Below are positions 1 to 14,058 of a DNA stretch of 64,000 nucleotides, piece by piece (the stretch's first letter is position 1; every line of letters begins with the position of its first letter). Made by a program: the position numbers and the translations under genes. The notes under the pieces are model-generated. The model made no database searches, was not told where the DNA came from, and worked only from the letters and a program-made list of their open reading frames with translations. The DNA is from Pecten maximus (Eukaryota): positions 6,758,001 to 6,822,000 of the forward strand of contig NC_047025.1 in assembly GCF_902652985.1 (NCBI RefSeq), read 5' to 3'.

Positions 1-21
1 AGTACCGGGCAACTGCCCCAC
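1..21 (-). mobile_element. Fragment of V-type tRNA SINE cut by window edge
   Basis: agtaccgggcaactgccccac matches the internal segment agtacctggcaactgccccac of the full SINE copies (e.g. 59940-60168). Confidence 0.6.
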
Positions 22-982
22 ACTTTGTATGAATGGTAGTGCCTCATCACACATTTCGAAGTTTCCAGCAATTTTTAATAAAACAGCAGGTACCACGGAA
101 TATGAATGTAATCAGCAGATAATCATTTCTTAATTGTGCCTTGTTAACAAAGTCAGTGTAAATTTGTCCAATGGGAGGCGTCTTGGGAAATCTATTTCGT
201 TAAAGGCAAAAAACGATCGAAAACAATTCTCCTGTGTCACATCAGAGAATAGTAGCTCCGAAACGCTTTGTGTATTAAATCTAGAATGCAGATAAGTTAA
301 TATTGATTCACCTTTTTAATTCACGCACATTAATTAATAACAATATTGTTTTAAATATTTAATATCGAGATGTCAGGGCATTGCTCTCGTCATATATTTG
401 TATAGCATAATGAATTTCGAAGACCATTTATCATGAAGACAAGTTTGTTGTTTAAGTAAATAACACACATAGAATACTAAAATGTCACAAAATACGTTAC
501 TAAGCCAAACATGAGAGAAAATAGAATCAAGGATAATATTTTTTTTAGCATTTAAAATTTATATATAGTATTTAAATTAGTATCTTAAAACGCACAGAAA
601 ACCCAATCAGATTTCCCTAGGTTTCATCGAGGATACTGAATAATGAAATCAAAAGACACCAATGTACACGATCTACAATAATACAATGTATGTACCGGAG
701 CAAGGGATACGATTAGGATGACGACCATTGTTTCTACAACCCGCATTCGTCCACATACTGTAAGCTATATCACACTACAAAAAGCTTCCACGGTAGTTGT
801 TAACACGGCGTTGTTGTTATTATTAGTATTTTATTAATTTTTATTTTGTGTTGAGAGCGCTGTGGGATGACAAGAAAATTCTGAAACAGGCTGCACTTTT
901 ATTTAGCTGTCACATTAGGACTGCGTCACCATGACGTTCTGGCGGCGTCCGTGACAATCTGAGGATCTGCCAGCGCTGAGTA

Positions 983-1132
983 GGCCAAGTTTCATCAAAG
1001 TTCCTTAATTTAAAATTTCCAGTATAGGAAAGCATTAAAGAATCGACAATATTAACTAAAGAGTTCTCTATAAATTCTTTGATACTTTCTTATGGAAAAT
1101 TCCAAGTTTAGGAACATTTATGATACTGTCTC
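983..1132. mobile_element. Degenerate foldback MITE (possibly PIF/Harbinger-type)
   Basis: Imperfect inverted arms across the whole element: ggccaagtttcatcaaagttcct / aggaacatttatgatactgtctc, and tttccagtataggaaagcattaaagaat / attctttgatactttcttatggaaaa. Confidence 0.55.
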
Positions 1133-2826
1133 TAAGTGCAGTTATTGTGAAATGAGTATGACAATATGTCTCGTGTACTTATAGTATTTCGACAGGGTTG
1201 GTCGCATTGGCAACGCCCAGCAAGCGTTCTTCCAACGCTGATGGACGCGGTGCAATGTATCTAATTCATATAATCGACGTGATTCTAACAGCGCAGTAAC
1301 ATAGATAACACTGCATGTTAAGGCCGTTGACGCACCACTGATGTACGGTGGAGACGCACAGACAAGCCCTTAGAACTTTGCGCTGAGATCATCTGCGTCC
1401 AACCACGCACATGCCAGAAGGCAGATCTACTACAAAGTACATAATATCGTATGGCGTGCTAGGTGAATCCATCGTGTCGAATGGAGATGCCACCATGTTG
1501 CAATGGCGCTGAAAGAGACACAATCGCGTCGCCTCGGCGTTCTGTATTTTTTCATCGACGCTAAGGGGATCGTCGTGAGGACACATTGACAGGACTTGTG
1601 TTTTGTTTGTTGGATATATATTTCGGTGTATATAATTATACTTTGATATGTCACAATCTGTTAGGATGTTATGCGTGTTATTTCGGTGACTACCCTCTGC
1701 CACTTTTGTCAGACAAAGGTGTCACTCAGTCAAATTCATCAGAGAAATCCTATTTTGGTATGATGAAGATGAAAGACTGTAGTCACCAATATGGCATTTG
1801 TGATATCATATACTAGTTGTGATAAACAATTAACAATCACATACTGTACATACCAACCTGAAGAAAATATTTCATAAAATCTCTGAGATAATCTCAAACT
1901 CAGTTTAATATTGAATATTCATTTCGGAATGATAGAGAAAATATTAGAAACATATTAAACATGGTTTTGCTGATTAATATATTATGTCATGTACAAGTAC
2001 AATGTTGACTGATCTAACTTCGGAGGATCGTATGGGATATATAAAACCCTGATAAACATCAGCATTGCATACACGAATCACCTGCTCCTTGCACCAAGCA
2101 GCCGAGAACCAAATAAATAAATAAAACGTCAATTTTAAACATCCAACTATGGATCTAAATAATGGAGTAGACGGCATCGTTATAACAGGTATACATTGTG
2201 TAACTCTATTCTACTCCACATGCTTTCTTATGCTTCTGCACAAGTAGCTGTTGATTATGTTTAGATAATGTGTATAAAATATAATTACATAATGCCTAAC
2301 AATTTTCATCAAATATAAATATCTGAACACCACTTGCATATCTGCAAAGAAATGTTCCTGATGCCTCATTCGTTTCTGCCTCACTGAACAGTATGAATGT
2401 CATAGTCGCTAAGCTATTAACGAAAGGTCTAATATGACTGTTACCCGACTGTTGCACCTACTTCAACATGGTAATTCATATATTTACCACTCTACGACAT
2501 TGTCACTATATTACCTTACCAACAGCATTACCATATCATAAACTGCAAACCGGTGCATTAATAATGGCCAAGCAAACAACACCTCATATGCAGAAAATAT
2601 ATCAAATACATATTTTCCTTTAGAAAAAAACTAGACGGACAGTTTATATTTTGTGTTTCCACAATATCAATTTGCATAAAATATTTGTATTACATTGATA
2701 ATTCTTGTCTGGTTTCTGACTAATATCTTACACACTATTTTTGACGCGGAACAACATGGTAGAGCTGTTAACAGGCTCAGAGTCGAGAATGGAGGGGGAA
2801 CTTGAATTCCGTAAATGAAAGTGATG

Positions 2827-2977
2827 TTAAGCATTGAACTGCTTTCAGATGGCAGTTTATGGCTGATAATGCAAAGGTAAAGTTAGCACAAAGCGCTAAC
2901 GCGCTTCATTAAAATTGCATTTGTCCAGTTGGCATTATCAGCTCATAACTGCCAACTGAAAGCATTTCAGTGCTTAA
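2827..2977. mobile_element. Palindromic hairpin-centred non-autonomous element (Crypton-like, inferred)
   Basis: About 45-bp inverted arms (ttaagcattgaactgctttcagatggcag...ctgccaactgaaagcatttcagtgcttaa) around a central aagcgc-taac-gcgctt hairpin. Confidence 0.55.
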
Positions 2978-5900
2978 AAATATGCATTTACTGCTTTTTA
3001 CCCTATTTATGTGACTGAAATCGTCATAAGGGATTTCCATAACCTCAGCAAAACGTGGCCTAGGTTCCTACTGTAGTGATTGGGTTGTAAATTGAACCCG
3101 TACTTACAGACAATTAAGGTTTTGTATAAAGAGAAAAAAATACTGATTATCTCAAGAGGGTAATACAAGTTGAATTCCATTCATAAAAGTTTCTGCGTAA
3201 TTTCTTTGTAATCAAGCAACGTAGAAGTGGACGGATTTCGAAGATTGTCACTTGTTTAGATTAGTGTTTTGTGTAATATATCAAACTTATAAATTGTGGC
3301 TTACTCTTAGGCGCTTATACTGTATATACACTATAACACTTCGGTACTCTTGGTGAATTTACTGTCTTGTTAATTAGACGACAAGGTTAAATTTTCTAAG
3401 GTTTCGATTTGCATTCCAGATGTGACACTGTCAAACGGCGAGTACAAGTTCAAACAAACGATGGATTCTCGTAAATAGAACAAATGAAACCCTACATCCA
3501 CAGAGACAGTTTGAACTGCCCTATACCTATTTACTCGTGTTCTGTATCGGAGACTTACTCAAATATTTGCTAGGGACAGGTACTACAGATATATTGAATT
3601 GTTCAAGGAAACACATTACCCTTAGTGATTTAATTGTCCGCTCTATTTCTGATCATTTCACCAAGAATTTATATACTTAGCCAGTTCCATATCACCAGAG
3701 GCACTATAAACCAATATTTTTTAAGATAAACTAGTGAATTTTCAGCACGATGTCATGGTATATTCGGTCTGTTCAGGGCATCCAGTTGACCCTTGACTTT
3801 TAGCAATTTCAGAAGTCAAATCACCTTTTCTCAGAAATCTGAAGGGTCAAAACATATGTCAAATAGACATGTCCCTTCAAACCCAAGAGTCAGATCTCAA
3901 TTTGGAGAGTCAAAAAGACTCTCAATGGTCTACTGGATGACCTGCTGTTTCACTTACCCCTCAATCGTCCCATTTCGACAGCTATATATGTTGTTGAAAC
4001 CAGCAAACATTTAGAATACGACTGTACGAAGGGATGAGCACTACAAGACTGATAACCGTCGGGGTGTCACCGTGAATTCCAGAATTTGATACATATTACT
4101 ACCGATAATGATTTACGTGTGATATATACAAGATTATTCCGAATGATATCACATACCCCTGTCTGTACCAGATCATCATTATGGACATCATTGGAAGTAT
4201 ATGTTTTTGACAAATAAATGTCACGCGTCTAACAAAACTATGTAAAACGTTTGTAGAACAGTCAGTCTATGCTCATGTTTCTCTCAGAGGGGAAAACGTT
4301 TCATGTTTGAATGATGGAAATTGACACCATTTACTGATCGCTTTCATATCAGACGTTCTGCAATAAATATCTGTGTTAGTAGAGATGATAATATTGAAAC
4401 ATACAATACACAGATCGCTATGTAAAATGCCACTTAACCATGGAAATATTGCTTGTCTTTTTATTTCATGACAGACTAGTGTTCTGTTCTTGCAAAGCAC
4501 GTAACATGATAGCTGTCGTACGATGCTGAAGCCCGATTATCCTTTATAGACCATTGCAGCAATGGAATGTGCTGACGTTCGGCTAATCATGATAAAAGTG
4601 AACCTGAGAAATAACATAACCACGTTAAACAACTAGAGACTATCTAATACAAATAAGGCATTTGTTGCTGTTTGTTTGTTTGTTTTTATCTGAAGAATAA
4701 AATTCAATACAAAAGATATCTTGAACATTCGATTAATAGACACAACTACTCACCGTTTTATTTCTTTTTAGACAAAATGAGTAAAAAGATCAAGACCTGA
4801 TTTATGATGCAGTTTAACACGTATTACTCGTTACATGCTAATATACCCTCATGTCTTCTAATATTCTGTAATCATATACATTTTAGCGGTAATCTTTTTT
4901 GAGCTTTTGACAATCTAGAAGCTCTCAATTAAATTATGATTGCGTTAATAGTAGTTGATCTACATGGAAAATTATTGTTGGTGCGCCAATTTATCATTCC
5001 ACTGATTTGTTTTAATTTGGTTTTGCGCTAGAACTTGAGTGCGGCAAATGCGTTTGCAGTATAATTTGAATCATCGAAAAAATGGCGTTGTTTCATTCCA
5101 CACAGTTGGACAGCCGCCAATGATTTAACTCTGACCAGTTATTAGAGAAATATGAAACGGTTTGTCAGGTCATTATCGAAAGCCGTAATTATGTACAGTC
5201 TTTGTCTGTGTTATACCAGAGAAAGGGAGGTGGCTTTATGTGTGCGTTGATAATAGCCCCCATGTAATTTGATGTGTGATATACAATTATCGACCGACGT
5301 GTTAGCAAACACGCCTCGGTCAGAAAGTGAGGCATGCTTATGCCAACTTCATTGCTAGATATTCAGTCCAGTATTTTTTTCGATTTTTTTCCGGATCGTC
5401 TTCGCTGGTACATGCGTAATTGAAAACAAATCAATATTGAAAAATAAAGAAAACAATTATTAACCATACATTATATAAATAAGTAAATTATTAAATTGAA
5501 TTAATTTAGCACAAAAACACCAAATAAATATATAACTTTAACAAACAGCATCCAAGTGACGTTTGATTTTACAGATTTAGGGCAAGCACATTAAAGTGTA
5601 CCCTGAAAGTTACTTATTGTTGGTTAAAGTACCGTGAAGAAATTATCTGAAAATATTGTATAGTTTATGAGATATACGCGATTTTGTAGAATGCACACCT
5701 GGATGTGAATAGCATTAGTTCTAGATAGGTACCTACATCTACAAGCTGTGCACTAAGGGTTTTGTAATGTAATGTACAGATGAGTGATAGATAAAACACC
5801 TAAGAAAGAAGCATGACTGTAAAGAAAAGAAAAAAGAAAGAAAAAAATATATATATATTCCATGCATATTTTTTTACTTTTTGACCACAAATTTTCATCT

Positions 5901-6184
5901 TCGTACATTCAGAAATACTGTTGTTGTATAATTTAGAATTCAAAATTGGTTTGAAGTTATATGAAAAACAAAGAGAAAAGAATTAGCACTCCGTTCTTAG
6001 TTACCAGATATGAGCATTACTTTTCCGCCTTTCACATCATTAGGAGTAAAAATTAGCACATACTGACATATAAACTGAAATATATATTGTTAGTGAACAA
6101 ATACGATAAAATGCATAGTGATATAACAAGCAAAAGATGTATTAAACAATAATATAATCATTGCACAATGAAAACCGTCTAATG

Positions 6185-6827
6185 AAGTATTTAGCGGTCG
6201 AGATATAAGTATTCAGCGGTCGAGATTTAAGTATTAAGCGGTCGAGATTAAAGTATTGAGCGGTCGAGAGTAAAGTATTTAGCGGTCGAGATTAAAGTAT
6301 TTAGCGGTCGAGAGTAAAGTATTAAGCGGTCGAGATTTAAGTTTTTAGCGGTAAAAATTAAAGTATTTAGCGGTCGAGAGTTAAGTATTTAGCGGTAGAG
6401 AGTAAAGTATTAAGCGGTCGAGATTACAGTTTTTAGCGTTCGAGATTAAAGTATTTAGCGGTGGAGAGTTAAGTATTTAGCGGTCGAGAGTAAAGTATTA
6501 AGCGGTCGAGATTTAAGTCTTTAGCGGTAAAAATTAAAGTATTTAGCGGTCGAGAGTTAAGTATTTAGCGGTAGAGAGTAAAGTATTTAGCGGTCGAGAT
6601 TACAGTTTTTAGCGGTGGAGAGTTAAGTATTAAGCGGGAGAGAGTAAAGTATTTAGAGGTTGAGAACAAAGTATCTAGCGTTCAGAAGTTAAGTATTTAG
6701 CGTTCAGAAGTTAAGTATTAAGCGGTCGAGATTTAAGTATTAAGCGGTCGAGATTAAAGTATTTAGCGGTCGATAGTTAAGTATTTAGCGGTCGAGAGCA
6801 AAATATTTAGCGGCCGAGAGTAAAGTA
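6185..6827. repeat. 20-21 bp minisatellite (aagtatttagcggtcgagat/ag), about 30 copies
   Basis: Directly visible tandem units. Confidence 0.95.
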
Positions 6828-7072
6828 TCCTTTCGGTTTTATTTTAATATTCGTAATGCTACTTACGGTTGTAATTTCGATTGCTTTGATTGCTTTGGAT
6901 TCCAATATCGTTACGCTACATGTGTAGACTTTTTTCCACAGTGGGTAAACGTATTACATGATTTCCAGATTTGGATGGGGTTGAGATCAGGAGGCCTTCT
7001 TTTTCAACCACAATTTCTAAACTGATATATAACGATACATCAATACGTTCCATGATTTATCTAAAAAAAAAA

Positions 7073-7097
7073 GGGGGGGGGGGGGGGGGGGGGGGGG
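7073..7097. repeat. Poly-G tract (G25) following an A-run
   Basis: Homopolymer. Confidence 0.9.
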
Positions 7098-7814
7098 CAA
7101 AAATTGCAATGAATATCAACAATAAACACTACATTGCATCACTGCGCATGGGAGCTCTTATTAACGTGTGTCCATTTCTGGTTTCGACGAAGATCGAAAA
7201 CAAAAGTTTTGCGACCATAACTAGGTAGCCTGGCCAGTCCTCGTACGGGACTAATACTCGAAGTCAAGCACGCTTTTCAGTTTTGATTCTCATCTCTCAA
7301 ATTGATCGAATCTTTTGTCCCTGTTATTGAAAAGGGTATTGAAGCTATCTCCAGTAATTCAGCAAAATGAAGTGTAATCAAAATCTGAGCAGATGAGTCA
7401 AAACAGAACATCACAAATCTCGTCAGAGTAGACTTCGCTGCCTAAAGAATGTTAAAATGCATCTTTCGAAAAAAAGTGATTATGAAATATCTATGGGAAT
7501 CAAAAAATAAAACAAAACAAAACCTTTCTATGTGATTCTATCGTGGTTTTAAATAAATTGCAACGGCTTAAATCACTCATACACAGAGAGATATAGCCTA
7601 GATATTCGTGCACATCTCGACCTGTTCACATGTTAGTACACCGACAGTGAGATCCATTCCGATATTCGTAAAATCATGTTAATAACCAACAGAAAAAACA
7701 TATGTTGATGTTGTCTTGTATTAGAGAGGTTGATATTATTGTTTAAGTCAGATCGGCGATATTTGGGCTCCGTAATTAAGTCAAATTTCATTATTTTTTT
7801 TCCCGAAAATAGGA

Positions 7815-8180
7815 TTATTGTAGGCTTAGACGTCACCAACGAACGGGAATCGGTGGAAGAATGTGTGGGGAATATTGTGACATTTGTGAGAGATTCTCTA
7901 GGCGTGAAATTAGAGAAAATGACATAGACATTGCCCATCGATCGGGACGATATAGCAGACATAAGCCACGCACTGTCATATGTAAATTAACACAGAGGAG
8001 GAAAAAACAACCGACGGAAATTGAGGGGAGAAAGACAACTTGTATTTGAGGACTTGACGAGAAAAAACCAGGAAATTCTAAAAGAAGCATACCGAATTAA
8101 AAGTGTTAAGCATACTTATAGCGTGGACGGAAAACTTTTTGTTGTGTAAGCAAATGCTAAAATACGTAGACTGCGCTATG
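7815..8180 (+). pseudogene. LINE ORF1 remnant (L1/Tx1 ORF1p-like)
   Basis: Frameshifted ...ERESVEECVGNIVTFVRDSLGVKL / NDIDIAHRSGRYSRHKPRTVICKL / VFEDLTRKNQEIL / YSVDGKLFV. AHR-xG-PR-(V/I)ICK and EDLT motifs are typical of this ORF1 class. Confidence 0.75.
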
Positions 8181-8891
8181 ACACTGAGTTGACGTACCAG
8201 TACTTTAGCGGATGACAACAATTTCAGGACGGGACTTTTTGACTGGTTATCCTTTCATGTTTGGAAACATCTTTACCAGTTAATACATATATAGATATGG
8301 GTATATGAACGAGAATGGACTTTAGGTACCTCATAGTACCGCCCGAGATTACCCTTTCTCTAGTTTATCGATTGGACATTTGTTGGAAACGTGGCTGTTT
8401 GTTTTCTGTGTTCTCTATTTTTCGTAATGGAACTATATATATACTACTGGATAATGCGGAAACAATTCATGTCATTCGGTAAGTCACTTTTAGTTACTCC
8501 TTCATTTTTATACATGTGAGTAATCTCTTTCTAGAGCCATGAAATAAAAACTCATATAAATACGTTACGATAATGTATAAAAATCATGTTTTGAAAACTG
8601 GGCTTTCCGGACGGAAACCAGTATTACTTTTTTTAAGTCTATATCCGGAAAATATTTACAGTATTCCGTATTAACTATCACTATGTCACTTCCGGTTTAC
8701 ATTTGTTTCCGCCAGACCATATGGTGTAGTTGATTTGAAAATATGTGTACATGAGTAATAGTAGGACTTGACGTGGTCCATTTTGATATGATTTTTTCTT
8801 TTTCTTTTTCTACACCTTTCTTTCTCTCTTTACCTCTGTGTTCTAAAGATGGGCTAGAAAACATACTACCTGTAGAAGAGAATGTAACGTG

Positions 8892-9839
8892 ATGGATGGT
8901 TTTTCAAGCTTTTCTGTAAATTGTCGGCGTCTTGGGGATAGAATGAAACGAAAGGACGTTTTCTCCTATTTAAATGCTAAGAAGTAATGTATTTATTGCC
9001 TGCAAGATACACATTTGACTGAAGAAAATCAAAACCTTATTAGAATCTAGAAATGAACATTTATTTTGATTAATAACAATTTCGAAATTAAGGCTAATAA
9101 GGAACAGAAGGGAACTTTTTAACACTTGATATTGTACTAGATGGCTAAAGAATTACATTGATTACATCGTACGGCCAAAACGCAGACACTCCTAGTTTTT
9201 ATGATTTACGAGCAGATACTATAGAGGATTTTGGTAATGATAAGTACATTATATGTGGGGATTTAAATCTAGTTATAAATCCATAGCTAGACTATGACAA
9301 TAACTATAAGAATCAAAAAGACATTTTATACAATATTGTTACACAAATAATAAAAAAAATTGACATTGATTTTTTCGTATTATTTCAGTGCACTTTTTGT
9401 TTGCCAATCTGCACGTGACAAATGAATTTTGAAAAAATAGGCTGTTCTATTTGTCGAACTCCATTGACGAAATCGCTGAATATTGGCATTTTTTATGCTA
9501 ACTCAATTTTAACTTTCAAAAATAACAAAAAGAATATGTCGAGAATGTAAATATAAGCATTAGAAAATGTAATCCTTAAAGAGAACTATATTCAGAAATT
9601 AGACATCATCGGACAATGTGTTATCAAGTGTAACGAATGCAACAATGGAAGCAGGATATAGGTCTGATCACTCTTTCCTTATGCTTAATTAAAATTTAAT
9701 GAATTCAGAAGAGGAAAGGGATTATGGAAATGGAACTCCTCTCTGCTACATGATGAAGAATGTCTTCAGTTAGTAAAACTGTTATTCTAGCTACAAAAAG
9801 TCAATATTGTCTTCCAGTTTAAAACAGAAATGATATAAT
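8892..9839 (+). pseudogene. LINE ORF2 AP-endonuclease domain remnant
   Basis: MDGFSSFSVNCRRLGDRMKRKDVFSYL...IYCLQDTH, then YIICGDLNLVINP, GYRSDHS and RGKGLWKWNSSLL. Interrupted by an unrelated insert at about 9321-9578. Confidence 0.85.
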
Positions 9840-10310
9840 TGTAACAGGATATAATTTTATCTATTTTAGTTTTTTTAGTGATATTTGTGTTCTGATGTCT
9901 GTTTAAATGTGCCCAGATTGTATTGTGTATGTGTTTGTTCGTTTATTGGCGTTACATGTTACAGGGTGTGGTGTGTTATGTTCTCTGTGTTATGTCTTGC
10001 TGTATTTTGTGTTACAGTTTACACCCTGTGATCTAAGTCCAAAGTCTATGTCCTTTTCTTGTGTATTATTGGTCACTATTTTTATTGCCTTTGTTGGTCA
10101 GTTCTGGCGGGAATGTTTTTGTTAGAGTAGTTAGACTCCTGTCGGTCAAGCTGACTACAAGCTTATTTTCCTGGTTCAAAGATTTTAGACAGGTAAGTTT
10201 CTATTATTTCTATTATTTCTTTGATTTTTATAAGTATATCTAATTTGGGATAAGTGATAATGTTGAAATATTCGGCATAATTAGTTATTTTCTTATCTCT
10301 ATCATTTACA
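9840..10310. mobile_element. About 470-bp LTR-like insert occupying the place of the LINE RT domain
   Basis: Starts TGTAAC, possible TTACA end, TG-rich, internal CAG|GTAAGT. LINE coding signal stops before it and resumes after it. No TSD, so identity is uncertain. Confidence 0.35.
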
Positions 10311-10311
10311 A

Positions 10312-11760
10312 TGACTTACAATGGGGAAGGCATATATTTACACTGCTAAGAATATATTTAAGTGTGAACCTGCACGAGATTCCCTAATTTGATAAAATGT
10401 TAATTTAACTAAAAATGCTTATTAAAACATGGAGTAGAAGAGCACTCACAACTATTAGGAGAATAAGTTTAATAAAATATCTTTTATTATTACACTTTAA
10501 TCATCTATTCATGTCCTTGCCAAACTCTGATGAATGAATTCTGCAAGAGCTTAACTCAATTTTTTTCGCATTTTAATGGAATAGTAGGGCTGATAAACCA
10601 AAGAGAGACGTCACAACCAACAATTATTATGAAGGGGGCCTTAAAATGGCTAATGTAAGATTATTTATATACTTGAAATTAGGTTGGGTGAGAAGGTTAT
10701 ATAAGAAAACATGCAAGTTTCAAGCTATATATTTAAGACAACCTCAGACTTATATAAGCTATCTATTTGTGACAGTGGTTACATTCAGGAATGTCAGAAT
10801 AAATGTAAAAAACAAAATTTGGAAGGATGTGTTTAACGCATGCATAAGGTTCAATAATTCAGATACAGTAAGGGAAAAGGGAAAGCATCATACTCACCAT
10901 GCCATTATGTAGAAATATAGTTATTGGGGAAAAACATTTTTTTTACAAAGTGTGGTACAACAGCGGAGAAACAATAGATTATCGATCTAGTAAAAATTAT
11001 AGCACAAGCACTTTCTATTTATTCCATAATTTTTTGAGATCTTCCAAGTAATAACAAATGTCCTTAAATATCAGGGTGTGATTGCTGCTGGCATAGCCTA
11101 ACAAAGATGAACTTCGAAAAACAGCTAATAGTCTACCAAATCATTCCTAATAATATAGTACCACTCACGAAAAGTGTGAAAGGGTCTAAGGATTTATATA
11201 ATCTGATGGTAAACAATAGTATTATTTCTAGAGGTAGGAGAAAATGGGAAGAAGTTTTTGAAGATGTTGAATTGAACTGGTCGGATATTTATATACATGT
11301 AACTCCTTTTAGGGTTACAAAATCACAAAACTACAATTGTTTCAATACAGAATAGTTCAACATATATTGACAACAAATGCTTTCTTGTTTAAAGTAGGCC
11401 TGGTGAATAGTCCAATATGTACACTTTGTAATTTAGAGCGAGAAATAATTATTCATATTATGTGGGGATGTCGAGAAACGTTTGCAATGTGTAGAAACAC
11501 TCCTTGACGCGCTCTTTATCCCATTCCAATTTAACAAAAACAATATTCATTTTGGTGTATTTGTAAACAATAGGAATGTTACAAAAAATAGATTTGATAA
11601 TGAAATTTTGATTATGATTAAGTTGTATATAATCAAGACCAGGTGTTTACATAAAATATCAAGTCCGCATGCACTAATTAATTAAATCAAAGAGTACTTT
11701 GATTTTCAAAAATATATAGCTAACGGATAAGGCGACCAGGTGCAGCAGAATGGAGAAAAT
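10312..11760 (+). pseudogene. LINE ORF2 C-terminal remnant with CX2CX8HX4C zinc knuckle
   Basis: LIKTWSRRALT...HLFMSLPN, YEGGLKMAN, KLQLFQYRIVQHILTTNAFL, CTLCNLEREIIIHIMWGC (Cys at 11418). Confidence 0.85.
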
Positions 11761-13254
11761 GCAAAAAAAAATATTGGAATTTGCTGACAGGTAATTTTTC
11801 TGAATTGATATTATGTCCATTGTATTAATACTATTCTTTTTATTGAAGTTTCTCTACTTATTTTCCCTGGAGACCCGTGATTCTATTGATATAGCTATTT
11901 AAGAAAAAATACCTATGGTAGTTATTTTTACTGTTCCGCTTGACATGTTCGTTTGGTAAGTCTCAGTTCTAGCCCCGTCTATCTCGTTTACTTTCTCTCT
12001 CATCTAGCTTCATTTAAACAGATAATCTATTTGGATGACCAAGGTGTACATCCGCCAGGATGCTGGGGTCGTGCTGTCAAAATGTATAAACTATTTGCAC
12101 AAAATTATTGAAAATATTCGCGAAAAATCTGTTCTGAGGTCGTTGTCATCCACCAGTTTTCATATCAAAACAACATAACTGCGTTTATGGATGGGGTTGG
12201 AAAATTTAAAATCTTACATTTGATACGTCACAGCTCGGAATCTATAGCGACGACCAGCCTCAATGCTTACATGCTATTGATAGCCAAACCAGGTTTGATA
12301 ATTCATGTATCGAGAAAGAGAAGAGGGTTTAAATGCAGTTTTCTTTTACAGTCAATATGAACGCTTTCAGATATATTATAAAACAGTATTTCAGGATAAA
12401 CTTTAATTATAATTGACATGATGCTGAATTTAACTGATTCAGTGCAAATATATGTAATAAAGATGAAATCAAAAACATCTATCATTTAGTTGGTAAGACA
12501 CATTTTGAATATTCATTTTGATTTGCGTCATAATTGGAAAGTTCAGTGAATTGATATATATTCTATTCTTTTTGTCATAGCTGCAACTATCTTTCTTTGT
12601 TCTGTTACCCTCGGTTCAATGTCCCTTTAACACCTGCACTCTTGCGCCTCTGGCTGTTGCGACGACTTTGAACTCAGGTCAAAACAAACGGTTAAGTAAA
12701 TAAACGGAAATTACAAAGCAATATAACGACGCACACAGGTAAATGAAACCAAACAACACCAGGTGCATATCCACAGGGAAGAATAAGATAAAGTATTATT
12801 GAAACAAGATACTAAGGATGATATAATTGTAATTAGATGGATCAAATGACTTTCGGAGAATCAATAACAACCGACTTTCGTTTCTGTCTATTAGAATAAA
12901 ATGACAATTGAAACTCGAACGGAATGAACCTTGAACCAAATCAGAAGTTCAATGTCATATGTTTGTGTAGGTATTTTGTTAAGTCACAAAAATTATCACT
13001 CAATCCTGTCCATATGGGATTTCAATTAGCAGCCGATTGGCGGATTTAATGAGAGAATATGATTAGCTCTCGGGAAGCAAGCATTCCTATAAAGTTCAAC
13101 GAAAGTAGAGATGTCAAATAGTTGGTTATATCCGGTATCAATGTACATGGTTCATGGTTACTGTGTTGAATGTAAGCTCGTCAATTTTGGAGCTCTTTGA
13201 CATCCACGTGCATACGCCATGTCGAAATATGATATATATATATTATATGTATAT

Positions 13255-13916
13255 ATAGAGCTTATTGAATGGTTTCCCGTTTAATATAACATCTATTACA
13301 CGAGTATATCGATATTTTCACGAGTGCGAAGCACGAGTGAAAAATATCGAAATATTCTGTCCTACGAGTGAAATATATATTTTATTTAACGGGAAACCAT
13401 TCAATTTTCTTTTTATTGCCTTTCATAAACTTAAAAATTAAATAAAAAACATCGAAAAATTAATAGTCAAAAAGTGCGGGAATCAGCAATGACGTCATTT
13501 CTTTGTGACGTTACTCCACGTCAACATGACGGCGCAATTTTGAAATGACTGATTGATCGGAGCAATGTAAGCGTTTTTCTGCTGGTATCGGAGAAGCTGT
13601 GCATGAATAGCTAACGTCTAGTGAGTATTAAGTCAAAAACTAATCAGAATATTACAGAAATACAGCAAAATAACCAATTTATCTATCTCCGCTTCGATTG
13701 GTAAAATCGGCAAGTTTCAACGAGGAGAATACAAAAGTCCGCTCTGATTGGTCAAAAACCGAAAACTTATATTTTCACTGCAAAACTTATATTTTCACTG
13801 CAAAATCTTATATTTTCACTGAAAATCTTATATTTTCACTGCTCATCGCTGCAATGAAAATATCAGTTTTATTAGTTTCATAAATCTCTATATTTCACTG
13901 GCTAAAATGCAATAAA
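13255..13916. mobile_element. Hairpin-centred non-autonomous DNA element (Crypton-like, inferred)
   Basis: Inverted repeat attgaatggtttcccgtt (13264) / aacgggaaaccattcaat (to 13405) centred on GCGAAGC (13326-13332). Second IR tttattgc/gcaataaa. Internal ttatattttcactg repeats. Confidence 0.55.
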
Positions 13917-14058
13917 GAATAATATTATGCACAATGCTTGGAAATATAAATGTACATGTATATAATATAATTCATGACACCCTTCCTCCCTATTAGCGCA
14001 AAATCGAGAATTCATAGGCATATTATACTAAATATGACGACTCAAAAAACATGAGATT

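Larger units (their letters stand above)
7810..11790 (+). mobile_element. Decayed L1/Tx1-clade non-LTR retrotransposon, RT core deleted, two internal insertions
   Basis: ORF1-like, AP-endonuclease, post-RT and CCHC zinc-knuckle motifs are collinear on the + strand, with many stops and frameshifts. Confidence 0.85.

Noticed and set aside
1974-2177. 67-aa ORF with a signal-peptide-like N-terminus
   Set aside because: No recognisable domain or convincing downstream exon. The hydrophobicity comes partly from a (TTTA)n run.
6185-6827. CRISPR-like appearance of the short-unit arrays
   Set aside because: Units are contiguous with no unique spacers, there are no cas genes, and the context is eukaryotic.
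7073-7097. G25 as a functional G-quadruplex or poly-Gly ORF
   Set aside because: Homopolymer length is unreliable and such tracts are common. No other support.
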